A DNA stretch of 64,000 nt, taken from IMG/VR virus record IMGVR_UViG_3300045391_006539; one strand, given 5' to 3'. This document shows positions 9,036 to 18,976 of this stretch, one piece after another (the first letter of the stretch is position 1; each line of letters opens with the position of its first letter). A program made the position numbers and the translations under genes. The notes beneath the pieces are model-generated. The model had not been told where the DNA came from. It made no database searches and was given only the letters and a program-made list of their open reading frames with translations. The stretch comes from a virus (lineage: Duplodnaviria > Caudoviricetes).

Positions 9036-9629
9036 TCACCCGGACTCTTTCCGAGTGCAGCTTCCGGGGCAGCCGCTTCTCCAACATCTAGCGTAAGTTC
9101 CGTCCTTACATTCCTCTCCATGACAGACGCCGTCTGCCCAGACTTCTTGTATGTCCGTGTTCAAGTCCATGATGCACGAGATGCAGAAGTACGTCGGGTT
9201 GGGGTCACAGATTTCGAACCTGTCACCTGGTTCACTGACATCTGGATTCCTACTGGAACGATGAATCTCTCCGAATGGGGCGACGCACATCGTCTCGCCC
9301 GGTAGGATGCCGCTCTTGCAATATTTGCAGTACACGATGGCGCCATGCACGTTCACTGGTACTCGGTTCTCCGAGTAGACATAAAAGCGCTCTTCGATTT
9401 CATTCCAATTCTTCACATGGATGAAGGCTGGTTCGTATAGGTAATCGTCCTCATTTTCCGTCTTGATGTCGAAGAACGTCAGCCGACCATTGACGATGAA
9501 CGGTCTGACCATGAACATGCAAACGCAGCCATCCATGTATGGGATGGGTTCTCCATCACACGCGCAGAGGACGTTACTTTCCATGACCCAATCGCTGTTC
9601 TCCCAGTCGTCTTCTCCATAACTTTTCAT
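9036..9629 (-). CDS. Cys-rich hypothetical protein
   Basis: 197 aa with several CxxC/CxC motifs; lower GC than the flanks. Confidence 0.7.
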   Translation of the reverse strand: MKSYGEDDWENSDWVMESNVLCACDGEPIPYMDGCVCMFMVRPFIVNGRLTFFDIKTENEDDYLYEPAFIHVKNWNEIEERFYVYSENRVPVNVHGAIVYCKYCKSGILPGETMCVAPFGEIHRSSRNPDVSEPGDRFEICDPNPTYFCISCIMDLNTDIQEVWADGVCHGEECKDGTYARCWRSGCPGSCTRKESG

Positions 9630-10211
9630 CTACAACCTCTCCCAGATGAGCGGTGTTCGCTCGACCCGAGTCCAGCGCCGGTGCACTGTCTCGAGTCGTG
9701 GGTCTGGGGTCAGGTAGGAATCTGGGTCCCAGTCCCAGAGCAATGTGTCTAGTTGTTCGACGTCTTGTCGGAAATCGATGTGCAACCGTCGAGTGAGCTC
9801 GAGTCCTTGCGGCAAGACTCCTGGGTAGTCTCGTCGTGCGATGCACTCGCGTTCGAACAAGTCGTCACGCAGGTCTTCATCATCGCAGCACAGTCCATAC
9901 CAATCAGGGTCGGTGGGTCCGACGTAATCCTGGCCGAGCCATTTGCAGTATTGACCGGGCTTGGCCATGCCGAGCAAGACCTCGAGGTCTCGCTGATTGA
10001 CGAACGTGATGAAGCCTTTCGAGTCCGTGAGCTTCGCCCGGACGCCGCCGAGAAGGCGTCCGGGAACGGGTGCGAGCACCCATTGCACGTACCAAGGTCT
10101 GTCTGGTTCTAGTGGGTCGCGGATGGCGACACCGGGCAGTCCGATGGGGTCTTCGAGAAACCTCGTTCCCTCGATGAGCTTGAGACTATGCGGCGTTGGG
10201 TTGACGAGCAT
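9630..10211 (-). CDS. Hypothetical protein
   Basis: 193-aa ORF abutting the next gene; SD GGAG upstream. Confidence 0.7.
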   Translation of the reverse strand: MLVNPTPHSLKLIEGTRFLEDPIGLPGVAIRDPLEPDRPWYVQWVLAPVPGRLLGGVRAKLTDSKGFITFVNQRDLEVLLGMAKPGQYCKWLGQDYVGPTDPDWYGLCCDDEDLRDDLFERECIARRDYPGVLPQGLELTRRLHIDFRQDVEQLDTLLWDWDPDSYLTPDPRLETVHRRWTRVERTPLIWERL

Positions 10212-10315
10212 TGGCGTTTCTCCAACTCTCTCTGGTCAATACCTCTCGGCACCAGAAGAGAAGCCCACAACATATGCCGTAGAAAAAGCCGAGACAGAGC
10301 ACTCCAAACAATGTC

Positions 10316-10426
10316 TTAATCCTCCTCGTCCTCCTCTGTTATGCCGTCTATTCCCAGCATTTCATCTATGTCTGCTTCGAATGCCTGACCTGAATTGTCG
10401 TATCCCTCTTCATCGGTATCTTTCAT
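10316..10426 (-). CDS. 36-aa highly acidic peptide
   Basis: Below the ORF-track cutoff. MKDTDEEGYDNSGQAFEADIDEMLGIDGITEEDEED with SD GGAGG (10435-10431) and a GGAATAAC motif upstream. Confidence 0.5.
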   Translation of the reverse strand: MKDTDEEGYDNSGQAFEADIDEMLGIDGITEEDEED

Positions 10427-10512
10427 TAGTCCTCCGATGTAGTTATTCCCGAATCAGGCCTCTTCCTTGCTGATGCAGAAGGCCGTGGGTTACCCTGGTG
10501 CGCGAGTCATCC

Positions 10513-13500
10513 ATGGCGTACCTAGACCATCAAGAAGCGTACGAGGACTTCAAGCAGTCGGTGCTCGAGGGCATCCGCAGCCACTTCCCAGTGACGGGAA
10601 GTCAGCAGAGCGTCGAGCTCAAGAACCTCGAGGTCAAGGACCTCGAGCCGGGCTCCGACGACATCCGTGGACAGCACGCGGCCAAGGTCCAGGGTGGTAG
10701 CTGGTCGAGTCCCGTCTACGCCACGCTGGTGATGAAGAACAAGGCCGGCGCGGTGGTGCAGGAGAAGACGATGCGCATCGCCGAGATTCCGCGTGTCACC
10801 AGACGCTACAGCTACATCGTCGATGGCAATGAGTATCAGGTCGACTCACAGTGGCAGCTCAAGAGCGGCGTCTACGCCCGCCGGCGTGAGAATGGCGAGC
10901 TCGAGAGCCGCTTCAACACGCCCAACAAGGGCGAGTTCAAAATCATCTTCGACCCGACGACGAAGCAGTTCAACATGCACCGGGGCAAGGCCGAGACCAT
11001 CGCGGTCTATCCGCTCATGAAGGCCATGGGCATCGATGACGATGCTCTGGAGAAGAGCTGGGGTAAGGAGGTACTCGCTGCCAACAAGAACGCTCGTGGC
11101 ATGGCGGGCGCGCTCACGAAGTTCTACAAGGCAGACCGCCGGGGTGACCCTGCCGACCACGCCGAGGCACTCAAGTACTTCCAGCAGACGATGGCAGACA
11201 GCCAGCTCGACTCGGCCGTGACGAAGACCACGCTCGGCAAGTCCTTCAGCAGCGTCGAGGGTGACACCTTGCTGCGAGCGACGGACAAGCTCATCAAGGT
11301 CCAGGGTGGCGCTCCCGAGGACGACCGGGACAGCCTCGAGTTCAAGAAGCTCCGTACGACTGGGGACTACGCCTACGACCGTCTCACGGACTGGATGACG
11401 AAGCGCTCCATTGGTGCACGCATGGCGCGTCAGGTGAACAAGGCGACCGACATCCGTCAGGTCGTCAAGTTCAACATGCTGAACGACCCTATCAAGAAGA
11501 CCTTCAAGACCAACTCGGCGAGTCGTCAGGCGAGTCAAATCAATCCGCTCGAGATGGCCGCTGCAGCCCAACAGACTACCATCATGGGGCCCGGCGGCAT
11601 TCAGAACACGCGCGTCATCGACAACACCATCAGCCTCAAGCTGGTGAATCCGAGCCACCTCGGTTTCCTCGACCCCGTCAAGACCCCGGAGAACGAGAAG
11701 ACTGGTATCATCCTGCGTCTGCCTACGGGCGTGAAGAAGGTCGACGGCGAGGCGAAGGTACCTCTCTACAACATCAAGACGGGCAAAATCGACTACCTCG
11801 GTCCGACGGAGTTCGGGCAGCAAAACGTGGTGCTCCCCGACCAGGTCACTTGGGAGAATGGCAAGCCCAATCCCATCTCCAGTGCCGTGAAAGCGAGTAC
11901 CATCGGCAACAAGCTCGGCGAGGTCAAGTTCAAGGACGCGCAGTACGTGATGCGCCACCCGTCTCAGCTCTTCAGCCTGACGACGAACCTCATCCCGTTT
12001 CTCGGCAGCAATTCTGGTAACCGTGCGACGTACGCTGGCGGTCAGATGGAGCAGGCGGTGAGTCTCAAGCACCGCGATGCGCCTCTCGTGCAGGTGGGCA
12101 CGGGCGTCAAAGACCCACACATCGATAGCTTCGAGGGCATCATGGGTCGACAGGCAGGGCACGTGTCCCTGCACTCGGGCGAGGTCGTCAAGGTGAGTAA
12201 GGATGCCGTCGCCGTCAAGATGGCCAATGGCAAGCTGCATGAGGTCCAGCTCTACGACAACTTCCCACTCAACGACCCGAAGAGCATGCTCTACTCGACG
12301 CCGACCGTGAAGGTGGGTGACAAGGTCAAAGCGGGTGACTCCGTTGCAGATACCAATTTTACGAAGGGTGGGCGCCTCGCGCTCGGCACCAACCTACGTG
12401 TGGCTTACATTCCCTACAAGGGCTACAACTTCGAGGATGGCGTCGTCATCAGCAAGAGCGCGTCCGAGAAGCTCACGAGCGAGCATCTCTACAAGGAGAG
12501 CACCCGTATCACGGATGAGACCGTTCGTGATGTGAAGAAGTTCCGTATTCAACATGCAGGCGCATTCGACGACAAGCAATACGACAAGCTCGACGACAAA
12601 GGTGTGGTCAAGATAGGCACCAAGGTTTTGCCGGGAGACCCGCTCGTGCTCGGCATGACGCCGTATAAAATCAAGGACCGCATGGGCATCGCTGCCGTAC
12701 GCAAGAGTCTGTCGGGACAGCACACCGACACGAGCCTGCGCTGGAAGAGCGACTACGCCGGTGAGGTGGTGGCCGTCCACGAGAAACCGGATGGTACGGT
12801 CGCCGTGCACGTGCGAACCGAGGAGCCCATGCAGGTCGGTGACAAGATTGCCGGCCGTTATGGCAACAAGGGCATCGTCACTCAGGTCATCGACGACGAC
12901 AAGATGCCGAAGACCAAGGATGGTAAGCACATCGAGGTCGCGCTCAACCCGAGCGGTGTACCAGGGCGCATGAACATCGGCCAGGTGCTGGAGACGGCTG
13001 CGGCGAAGATAGCGCTGAAGACGGGCAAACCCTACATCGTCAACAACTTCGACGGCTCGAGCGCCGTGGAGAAGGTGAAGAAGGAGCTCGAGAAGCACGG
13101 CCTCTCCGACCAGGAGGAACTCATCGACCCGGAGACGGGCCATTCCCTGGGCAAGGCACTGGTCGGCCCTCAGCACATGCTCAAGCTCGTGCACCAGGTG
13201 GACAAGAAGGTCTCGGTCCGTTCGGGTATGGCACCCCTCGAAGGGTCTGGGGAGACCGTCGAGAAGTACGACAGCAACCTCATCCCGAGTGGCACGGGCA
13301 AGGTCGGCGCCCAGTCCATCGGACACAACGGTCTCTACACCCTGCTCGCCCACGGCGCCAAGGCCAACATCCGCGAGATGCAGACCTGGAAGAGCGAGGG
13401 CCCCGACAAGGAGACCAACCTCGCCAAGAAATGGCCGAGTCAACACATCCAAGTCTGGGGTGCCATCCAGAGTGGTGAGTCGCTGCCGACCCCAACGCCC

Positions 13501-16500
13501 ACCTTCAGCTTCCACAAGTTCGGCGAGCTGCTCCGCGGTGCTGGCATCAACATGGAGAAGCAGGGCAACCAGCTCAAGCTCCTGCCCTTCACTGACAAGC
13601 AGACCCTCGCGCTCTCGAATGGCGAATTCAAGAAGCCGCACATGCTGACGGACGCCCGTCTCGACGACAAGGGTGAGCTCCGACCGTACTCGGGTGGTCT
13701 CTTCGACCCGCGCATCACGGGCGGCCATGGGGGCAGGGGCTGGGGTCACATCACTTTGCCCGAGCCGGTGCCCAACCCAGTCTTCGAGGGTGCCATCCGC
13801 AAGCTCACGGGTCTCTCCCAGAAGGACTACGATGACCTCGCTGGCGGCATGCGTGCGCTCGGGAAGAGCGGCAAGTTGGTCGAGCTCAATACGCCAGGCT
13901 CGGTCACTGGTGGTACAGCACTCAAGCAGATGCTCGACGACATCGACCCGAAGAAGGAGCTCGCCAAGGCGGAGAAGGAGCTCGCGGGCATGAAGCTCAC
14001 GAGCAGCATTGCGCATGGCGCTTCGACCCAGAAGGTCGATGCGCTCGTGAAGAAAATCAAATACCTGCGTACGCTCGACCAGGTTGGCATGAAGCCGAGC
14101 GAGGCGTACATCATCAAGCACTTGCCCGTCATCCCGCCGGCACTACGTCCGCCGGCGCTCATGAACGGCGACGTCAAGTGGGACGACCTCAACGGGCTCT
14201 ACCAGAACCTCGGGCAGCTGGTCACGCGCATGAAGGACCCGACGCTCGAGAAGAGCCTGACCGACAAGGGCAAGATGGAGCTCCGGAGCGACATCTACGA
14301 TGGCGTCAAGGCCATCATGGGTCTCGATAAGCTCACGGATGACAAGCAGAAGAAGGGCATCCTCCACCAGATTGCCAACAACGGCAATCAACCGAAGCAT
14401 GGCTTCTTCCAGGCGACGCTCATGAAGCGCAAGCAGGACCTGACCATGCGCTCGACCATCATCCCGGAGCCGTCGCTGGGTCTGGACGAGATTGGTCTGC
14501 CCAGGGACAAGGCCCTGTCTCTCTACAAGCCGTTCGTGGTGCGGAAGTTGGTGGAGATGGGCGCCGCGCGTAGTCCCCTGTCTGCCCAGCAGCTCATCGC
14601 CGACAAGGACAAGAGCGTCTACCGAGCGCTCGAGCTCGCGACGTCCGAGCGGCCCGTGCTCATCAAGCGCGACCCGGCGCTGCACAAGCACAGCGTCCAG
14701 GCCTTCAAGCCACGGCTGGTGCAGGGCATCGCCGTGCGCATCCACCCGCTCACTACTAGCGGCTTCAACGCCGACTTCGATGGTGACACCATGAGTGCCT
14801 ACGTGCCCATCAGCGATGAGGCCGTGAAGGAAGCCCGGGACATGTTCCCGAGCAACAATCTCTACAATGAAGCAACGGGCAAGGTCATCTACAAGCCCAC
14901 GCTCGAGGGTGCACTGGGTCTGTTCAAGCTCTCCCGCGTCACCGGCGACAGTGGCAAGAGCTATACCAGCATGGCCGAGGCCCTCAAGGCCGTGAAGGGC
15001 GGGGGTCTACCCATTGACAAGACCATCACCGTCGCCGGTCAGAAGACGACGCCGGGACGCCTGCTCATCGCCAGCGCTCTGCCCCAGCAGATGCAGAAGA
15101 AGTACATGAACGCAGACCCCAAGATGCTGGTCGATGGCAAGGGTCTCGATGCGCTCTTCGACGAGCTCGCCAAGAACCACAAGGCCGAGTTCGGCGTGGC
15201 GGCGAACCGTCTCAAGGACCTGGGCAACGGCGCGGCCTACGGCTCCATCATGGTGTCGAACTCGGGCAATGATGGACCGCGCGCCATTGCTGCCGCCGAG
15301 GGTCACACCAAGCGCGAGTTCATCCCCATACCCACGCACTCGCTCAGTCTCGACGACTTCATGGTCGACAAGGGTCTACGCCAGAAGCACGTCTCTTCAG
15401 CCCAGCGCCAGGTGGACTCCATTCAGAAGTCTCGTATGACCCCGGCGGAGAAGGAACGCAAGACCGTGGGGGTCTGGCAGAAGATGATGACGGACCTGAC
15501 TTCCGAGCATCTCGCCAAGCACGAGAAAGACCCGAGCAACCTCGCGCTCATGGTGCAGGCAGACGTCAAGCCCAGCAAGACACAGTACCGACAGATGGTG
15601 CTCGCTCCCGGCATCCTCGAAGATGCGGCGGGCAAGCCCATCGCCATCCCCGTCATCAAGAGCTACGCCGAGGGTCTCGACCTCGCGGGCTACTGGATTC
15701 AGTCGAGTGGTGCACGTGGCGGCACCATCAAAAAAGTGCAAGAGGTCAGAGACCCTGGTGCATTTAGCAAACAGCTGATGCAGACCACCATGGGCTCGGC
15801 GCTCGTGGCTGAGGAAGATTGCGGCACCCAGCGTGGTGTGAGCATGAGTGTGGGGCACCGTGACGTACACGACCGGGTGCTCGCGGCAGATTTCAACGCC
15901 AAGGGTATGACGATTCCAAAAGGGACCGTCCTATCTCCCGACGTCGTCGCGAAGATTCGTGCGCTCGATAAAGACTCGAGCGTCCTCGTCCGTTCGACCC
16001 TGAAGTGCGAACACGAGAAAGGCGTGTGTCAGAAGTGTGCGGGGGTCAGTCCGAATGGCGGCTTCTACCGCATTGGTACAAACCTCGGCGTCATTGCGGC
16101 GCAGGCGCTCGGCGAGCGCAGCATCCAGCTCACGCTCAAGGCATTTCACTCGGGTGGTGTGAGCACGGGTGGCAGTGGGACCATGAACAGCTTCAAGCGC
16201 GTCGAGGACCTGACCAATCTACCCTCGACCATCGCCGACTCGGCGACGCTCGCCATGCAAGGAGGGACTATCGAGAAGCTGGAGAGCGACGCGACGGGCA
16301 CCAAGGTCTGGATTGGTGGCAAGGCACACCACATCGGCAAGGACCGTGCGGGTCAGCTCCTCAGCAAGCCACTGGCTGGTGTGAACACCAGTTGGTCACC
16401 GCCCAAGGTGGGCATGAAGGTCGAGGCGGGGCAAGTCCTCAGCGACCCGACTCGCTCCTTCGTCAACCCTCACGACCTCTACAAGGCCACCGGCAGCATG

Positions 16501-16971
16501 GAGCGGGTTCAGAACTTCCTGACCGACGAGCTGCACGGCATCTACCAGAGCGAGGGCGTCCGCCGCCAGAACGTCGAGACCGTGGTGCGCTGCATGGGGC
16601 AGCTCACCAAGGTGCGGGACTCGGGTGACGCGGAGGGAGTGCTGAAGGGCGAGTATCGAAACGCATCTCACATCCGAGCCATCAACAAGGAGCTCGCCCG
16701 TCAGGGCAAGCGCCCCGTCGAGCATTCGCCCATCCTCAAGGGTATCGATATCTTGCCGCGCGAGATGCAGGAAGATTGGATGGCCAAGCTCATGCATAAC
16801 CACCTGAGCCAGACCATCTTGCAGGCTGCAGCAACGGGCGCGGTCTCTGACATCCACGGCACGCATCCCGTACCCGGCATCGCTTTTGGTGCGGAGTTCG
16901 GACGCACGAAGAAGGACTCTTTGAAGCCAGGTCTAGGTCATCTACGAAGTGCTCCGGATTATGGGTACTGA
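10513..16971 (+). CDS. Single-chain multisubunit-type (double-psi beta-barrel) DNA-directed RNA polymerase, beta+beta' fusion
   Basis: Beta motifs GDKIAGRYGNKG, LNPSGVPGRMNIGQ, MLKLVHQVDKK. Beta' motifs GLFDP, WGHITL, KRDPALHK, catalytic NADFDGD (14767-14787), EEDCGT, CEHEKGVCQKC, trigger loop AAQALGERSIQLTLKAFHSGG. Confidence 0.95.
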   Translation: MAYLDHQEAYEDFKQSVLEGIRSHFPVTGSQQSVELKNLEVKDLEPGSDDIRGQHAAKVQGGSWSSPVYATLVMKNKAGAVVQEKTMRIAEIPRVTRRYSYIVDGNEYQVDSQWQLKSGVYARRRENGELESRFNTPNKGEFKIIFDPTTKQFNMHRGKAETIAVYPLMKAMGIDDDALEKSWGKEVLAANKNARGMAGALTKFYKADRRGDPADHAEALKYFQQTMADSQLDSAVTKTTLGKSFSSVEGDTLLRATDKLIKVQGGAPEDDRDSLEFKKLRTTGDYAYDRLTDWMTKRSIGARMARQVNKATDIRQVVKFNMLNDPIKKTFKTNSASRQASQINPLEMAAAAQQTTIMGPGGIQNTRVIDNTISLKLVNPSHLGFLDPVKTPENEKTGIILRLPTGVKKVDGEAKVPLYNIKTGKIDYLGPTEFGQQNVVLPDQVTWENGKPNPISSAVKASTIGNKLGEVKFKDAQYVMRHPSQLFSLTTNLIPFLGSNSGNRATYAGGQMEQAVSLKHRDAPLVQVGTGVKDPHIDSFEGIMGRQAGHVSLHSGEVVKVSKDAVAVKMANGKLHEVQLYDNFPLNDPKSMLYSTPTVKVGDKVKAGDSVADTNFTKGGRLALGTNLRVAYIPYKGYNFEDGVVISKSASEKLTSEHLYKESTRITDETVRDVKKFRIQHAGAFDDKQYDKLDDKGVVKIGTKVLPGDPLVLGMTPYKIKDRMGIAAVRKSLSGQHTDTSLRWKSDYAGEVVAVHEKPDGTVAVHVRTEEPMQVGDKIAGRYGNKGIVTQVIDDDKMPKTKDGKHIEVALNPSGVPGRMNIGQVLETAAAKIALKTGKPYIVNNFDGSSAVEKVKKELEKHGLSDQEELIDPETGHSLGKALVGPQHMLKLVHQVDKKVSVRSGMAPLEGSGETVEKYDSNLIPSGTGKVGAQSIGHNGLYTLLAHGAKANIREMQTWKSEGPDKETNLAKKWPSQHIQVWGAIQSGESLPTPTPTFSFHKFGELLRGAGINMEKQGNQLKLLPFTDKQTLALSNGEFKKPHMLTDARLDDKGELRPYSGGLFDPRITGGHGGRGWGHITLPEPVPNPVFEGAIRKLTGLSQKDYDDLAGGMRALGKSGKLVELNTPGSVTGGTALKQMLDDIDPKKELAKAEKELAGMKLTSSIAHGASTQKVDALVKKIKYLRTLDQVGMKPSEAYIIKHLPVIPPALRPPALMNGDVKWDDLNGLYQNLGQLVTRMKDPTLEKSLTDKGKMELRSDIYDGVKAIMGLDKLTDDKQKKGILHQIANNGNQPKHGFFQATLMKRKQDLTMRSTIIPEPSLGLDEIGLPRDKALSLYKPFVVRKLVEMGAARSPLSAQQLIADKDKSVYRALELATSERPVLIKRDPALHKHSVQAFKPRLVQGIAVRIHPLTTSGFNADFDGDTMSAYVPISDEAVKEARDMFPSNNLYNEATGKVIYKPTLEGALGLFKLSRVTGDSGKSYTSMAEALKAVKGGGLPIDKTITVAGQKTTPGRLLIASALPQQMQKKYMNADPKMLVDGKGLDALFDELAKNHKAEFGVAANRLKDLGNGAAYGSIMVSNSGNDGPRAIAAAEGHTKREFIPIPTHSLSLDDFMVDKGLRQKHVSSAQRQVDSIQKSRMTPAEKERKTVGVWQKMMTDLTSEHLAKHEKDPSNLALMVQADVKPSKTQYRQMVLAPGILEDAAGKPIAIPVIKSYAEGLDLAGYWIQSSGARGGTIKKVQEVRDPGAFSKQLMQTTMGSALVAEEDCGTQRGVSMSVGHRDVHDRVLAADFNAKGMTIPKGTVLSPDVVAKIRALDKDSSVLVRSTLKCEHEKGVCQKCAGVSPNGGFYRIGTNLGVIAAQALGERSIQLTLKAFHSGGVSTGGSGTMNSFKRVEDLTNLPSTIADSATLAMQGGTIEKLESDATGTKVWIGGKAHHIGKDRAGQLLSKPLAGVNTSWSPPKVGMKVEAGQVLSDPTRSFVNPHDLYKATGSMERVQNFLTDELHGIYQSEGVRRQNVETVVRCMGQLTKVRDSGDAEGVLKGEYRNASHIRAINKELARQGKRPVEHSPILKGIDILPREMQEDWMAKLMHNHLSQTILQAAATGAVSDIHGTHPVPGIAFGAEFGRTKKDSLKPGLGHLRSAPDYGY

Positions 16972-16987
16972 TTCAGAGTTGAGTAGA

Positions 16988-16996
16988 TGCTAGACT
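16988..16996 (+). promoter_or_regulatory. Extended -10 promoter (TGC-TAGACT), probably leaderless transcript
   Basis: 7 nt upstream of GTG 17004 with no SD; same geometry at 477, 18295 and 19311. Confidence 0.45.
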
Positions 16997-17003
16997 CGAG
17001 TTC

Positions 17004-18263
17004 GTGCCCCTACCCGGCGTAGCTACGTACTCTCAGGCTGGACCTGACCAGAGACACCCCTTTCGAAACGCGTGGACGCAACCGGAAGGGGGCTCTGGCG
17101 CGTTCGTCCAGGAGTGCCAAGTCACCGATATCAATCTCAAGCTCTGGACGGTCGACGTCGTCACCAAGTTCGACCAGAAGCAATACCTGAACATTCAGAT
17201 TGCTTCTCCGTACATGCACTTCAACCAAGGTGAGGGCTTCTATGCGATGCCGGACATCGGCGCGAAGTGCCAGGTCTGTATCCCCAGTGATGGCCCACCA
17301 CCCTTCGTACTCGGCTTCATCATGCCGCAGGAGACGATAGATGGCGCGAGTGCGGACGCTCCCCAAGGAACAGATGGGCAGAAGGGAGGCGTCACCCAGA
17401 CCGCCACTACCGCCTCCTTCGCTGGTGGCCGTAAGCGGGCCAAGCCTGGAGACATGGGCGTCGCTTCCAGAGACGGGAGCTTTGTACGTCTCCACCGCGG
17501 TGGGGTCTTGCAGATTGGTGCTTCAGAGCTCGCTCAGCGCATTTACATCTCTCTACAAAACGTCATCACGGATATCAGCCAGAACTACCGTCACCAGAAC
17601 ACTGGCGGCAGCGTCAACTGGTTCATCTCCCCCGGAGAGTCTGTCACTAACCCTCCTACCACAGCACGGTATACCTATCGAGTTCTGGCCAATGAGGAGA
17701 AGGCTACCGTCCGTGTTGCCGTCGGACGAGTGAGCGACGTCTTGAAGGAACCGCTCGAGGAAGTTCGGAGCGACCTGACGCAGCTCGGTATCGATGGCAA
17801 GAGCATCGTCGCAGAGGTCATCATCGCGCCCGAGACCATTGCGGCAGAGGATGGGGCTCTCGGCAAGGACACTCCAGGTGCCAGCGTGCTTCGCTACTTC
17901 TTCGACAAGGCGGGCAATGCCCTCTTGCGGATGGAGGGCAGCGTCGTCGCGAGGGTCGGCAAGCGTCTGCGCCTGCGTGTCGATGACAACGTCGAGGTCT
18001 TCGGCAAGAAGGACATGACCATGACGTTCGATGGGGTCGGCCGCCTCGCAGCGCAGGGCGGACTCGACCTCTCGGGAGCCGTCGTTCGGGTCAACGGTGG
18101 CAGCAAGGCTGTGGCTACCGTGGGTTCGACCGTGATGATGACCGTGGTCGCGCCCATCCCCATCACGGTCGTCGTCGCCGGCGTGCCGAGCCCGGGAACC
18201 ATTCTCACCGGCGCGGTCTTCAGTGGGGTCATTACTAGCGGCAACCCGACCTTCCTCGCTTGA
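17004..18263 (+). CDS. Baseplate central spike protein (gpV/Gp5 OB-fold-like) with PAAR-like C-terminus
   Basis: TVDV...GEGFYAMPDIGAKCQV OB-fold pattern, beta-strand repeats, terminal GVITSGNPTFLA. Confidence 0.55.
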   Translation: MPLPGVATYSQAGPDQRHPFRNAWTQPEGGSGAFVQECQVTDINLKLWTVDVVTKFDQKQYLNIQIASPYMHFNQGEGFYAMPDIGAKCQVCIPSDGPPPFVLGFIMPQETIDGASADAPQGTDGQKGGVTQTATTASFAGGRKRAKPGDMGVASRDGSFVRLHRGGVLQIGASELAQRIYISLQNVITDISQNYRHQNTGGSVNWFISPGESVTNPPTTARYTYRVLANEEKATVRVAVGRVSDVLKEPLEEVRSDLTQLGIDGKSIVAEVIIAPETIAAEDGALGKDTPGASVLRYFFDKAGNALLRMEGSVVARVGKRLRLRVDDNVEVFGKKDMTMTFDGVGRLAAQGGLDLSGAVVRVNGGSKAVATVGSTVMMTVVAPIPITVVVAGVPSPGTILTGAVFSGVITSGNPTFLA

Positions 18264-18294
18264 AGATGAGTCCTCGGGCTAATCTGGTCTAACG

Positions 18295-18939
18295 ATGGCC
18301 TCTGTAGATGAAATTGCGGGCGGAACGCTCGGTGAGCTCAACACGGGCCTCGACCAGGCCACGGTGCTGCTGCCGGCACTGACGGCGCAGATAGACGCGG
18401 CCATCGGGCTCGGCCTCGGCCCCCTCAAGTTTGACCTCGGGGTCCAGCTCAACGCCGCGCTGGCCGCGACGGCCACCCTCACGCTCCAGGTGGGCAACCC
18501 CCTGGCGGCCCTGCAGGCGGCGCTGGCGGCCGTCGTGCAGCTCCAGGCTGCCATCACGGCGAGTCTTGCCCTGCCACCAGTGCAGCTCAGTCTGGGCGCC
18601 GAGCTCAGCGCCATGGCGGCCCTCGCCGGTACGGTCTCGGCTCGGCTCGGGGCCATCGAGGGCATCATCCAGGCCGCGCTCGCGGCGAAGCTGCCAGCCG
18701 TTCAGTTCCTCGATGGTCTCGACCTGAACGTGGGCCCCGCCATCCTGCTCGGTTTCGACGGCATCAGCGACGGTACGCAGATGTCTCAGATTGGCAACCT
18801 CATTCAGAACAAGCTGCAGGCGCCCGTCACCTTCGGCGGCGATACCATCCAGCCCACGGACAACGTGAGTGGGGTGCTGCTCCTGACGACCGCAGACCCT
18901 GTCTTCACAGTGATGGCGCAGATATTTGCGGGGCTATGA
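18295..18939 (+). CDS. Ala/Leu-rich hydrophobic hypothetical (likely baseplate-associated)
   Basis: 214-aa ORF directly after the spike gene. Confidence 0.6.
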   Translation: MASVDEIAGGTLGELNTGLDQATVLLPALTAQIDAAIGLGLGPLKFDLGVQLNAALAATATLTLQVGNPLAALQAALAAVVQLQAAITASLALPPVQLSLGAELSAMAALAGTVSARLGAIEGIIQAALAAKLPAVQFLDGLDLNVGPAILLGFDGISDGTQMSQIGNLIQNKLQAPVTFGGDTIQPTDNVSGVLLLTTADPVFTVMAQIFAGL

Positions 18940-18962
18940 GAAGCACTCGATGAGTGCTCCTC
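18938..18962. terminator. Hairpin between convergent genes
   Basis: AGCACTC-gat-GAGTGCT core stem; no clear U-tract. Confidence 0.35.
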
Positions 18963-18976
18963 TGGGCACTCTGCCG

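Noticed and set aside
10846-14121. Long antisense ORFs (464 and 575 aa here; also 23537..24889, 27112..28341, 33725..34855, 45810..47159)
   Set aside because: Shadow frames of GC3-rich + strand genes; no motifs, and the composition is typical of antisense translation.
10513-16971. Interpretation as a host rpoBC locus (fused as in Helicobacter or Wolbachia)
   Set aside because: No ribosomal-protein neighbours, much shorter and more diverged than cellular rpoBC, and flanked by phage genes.
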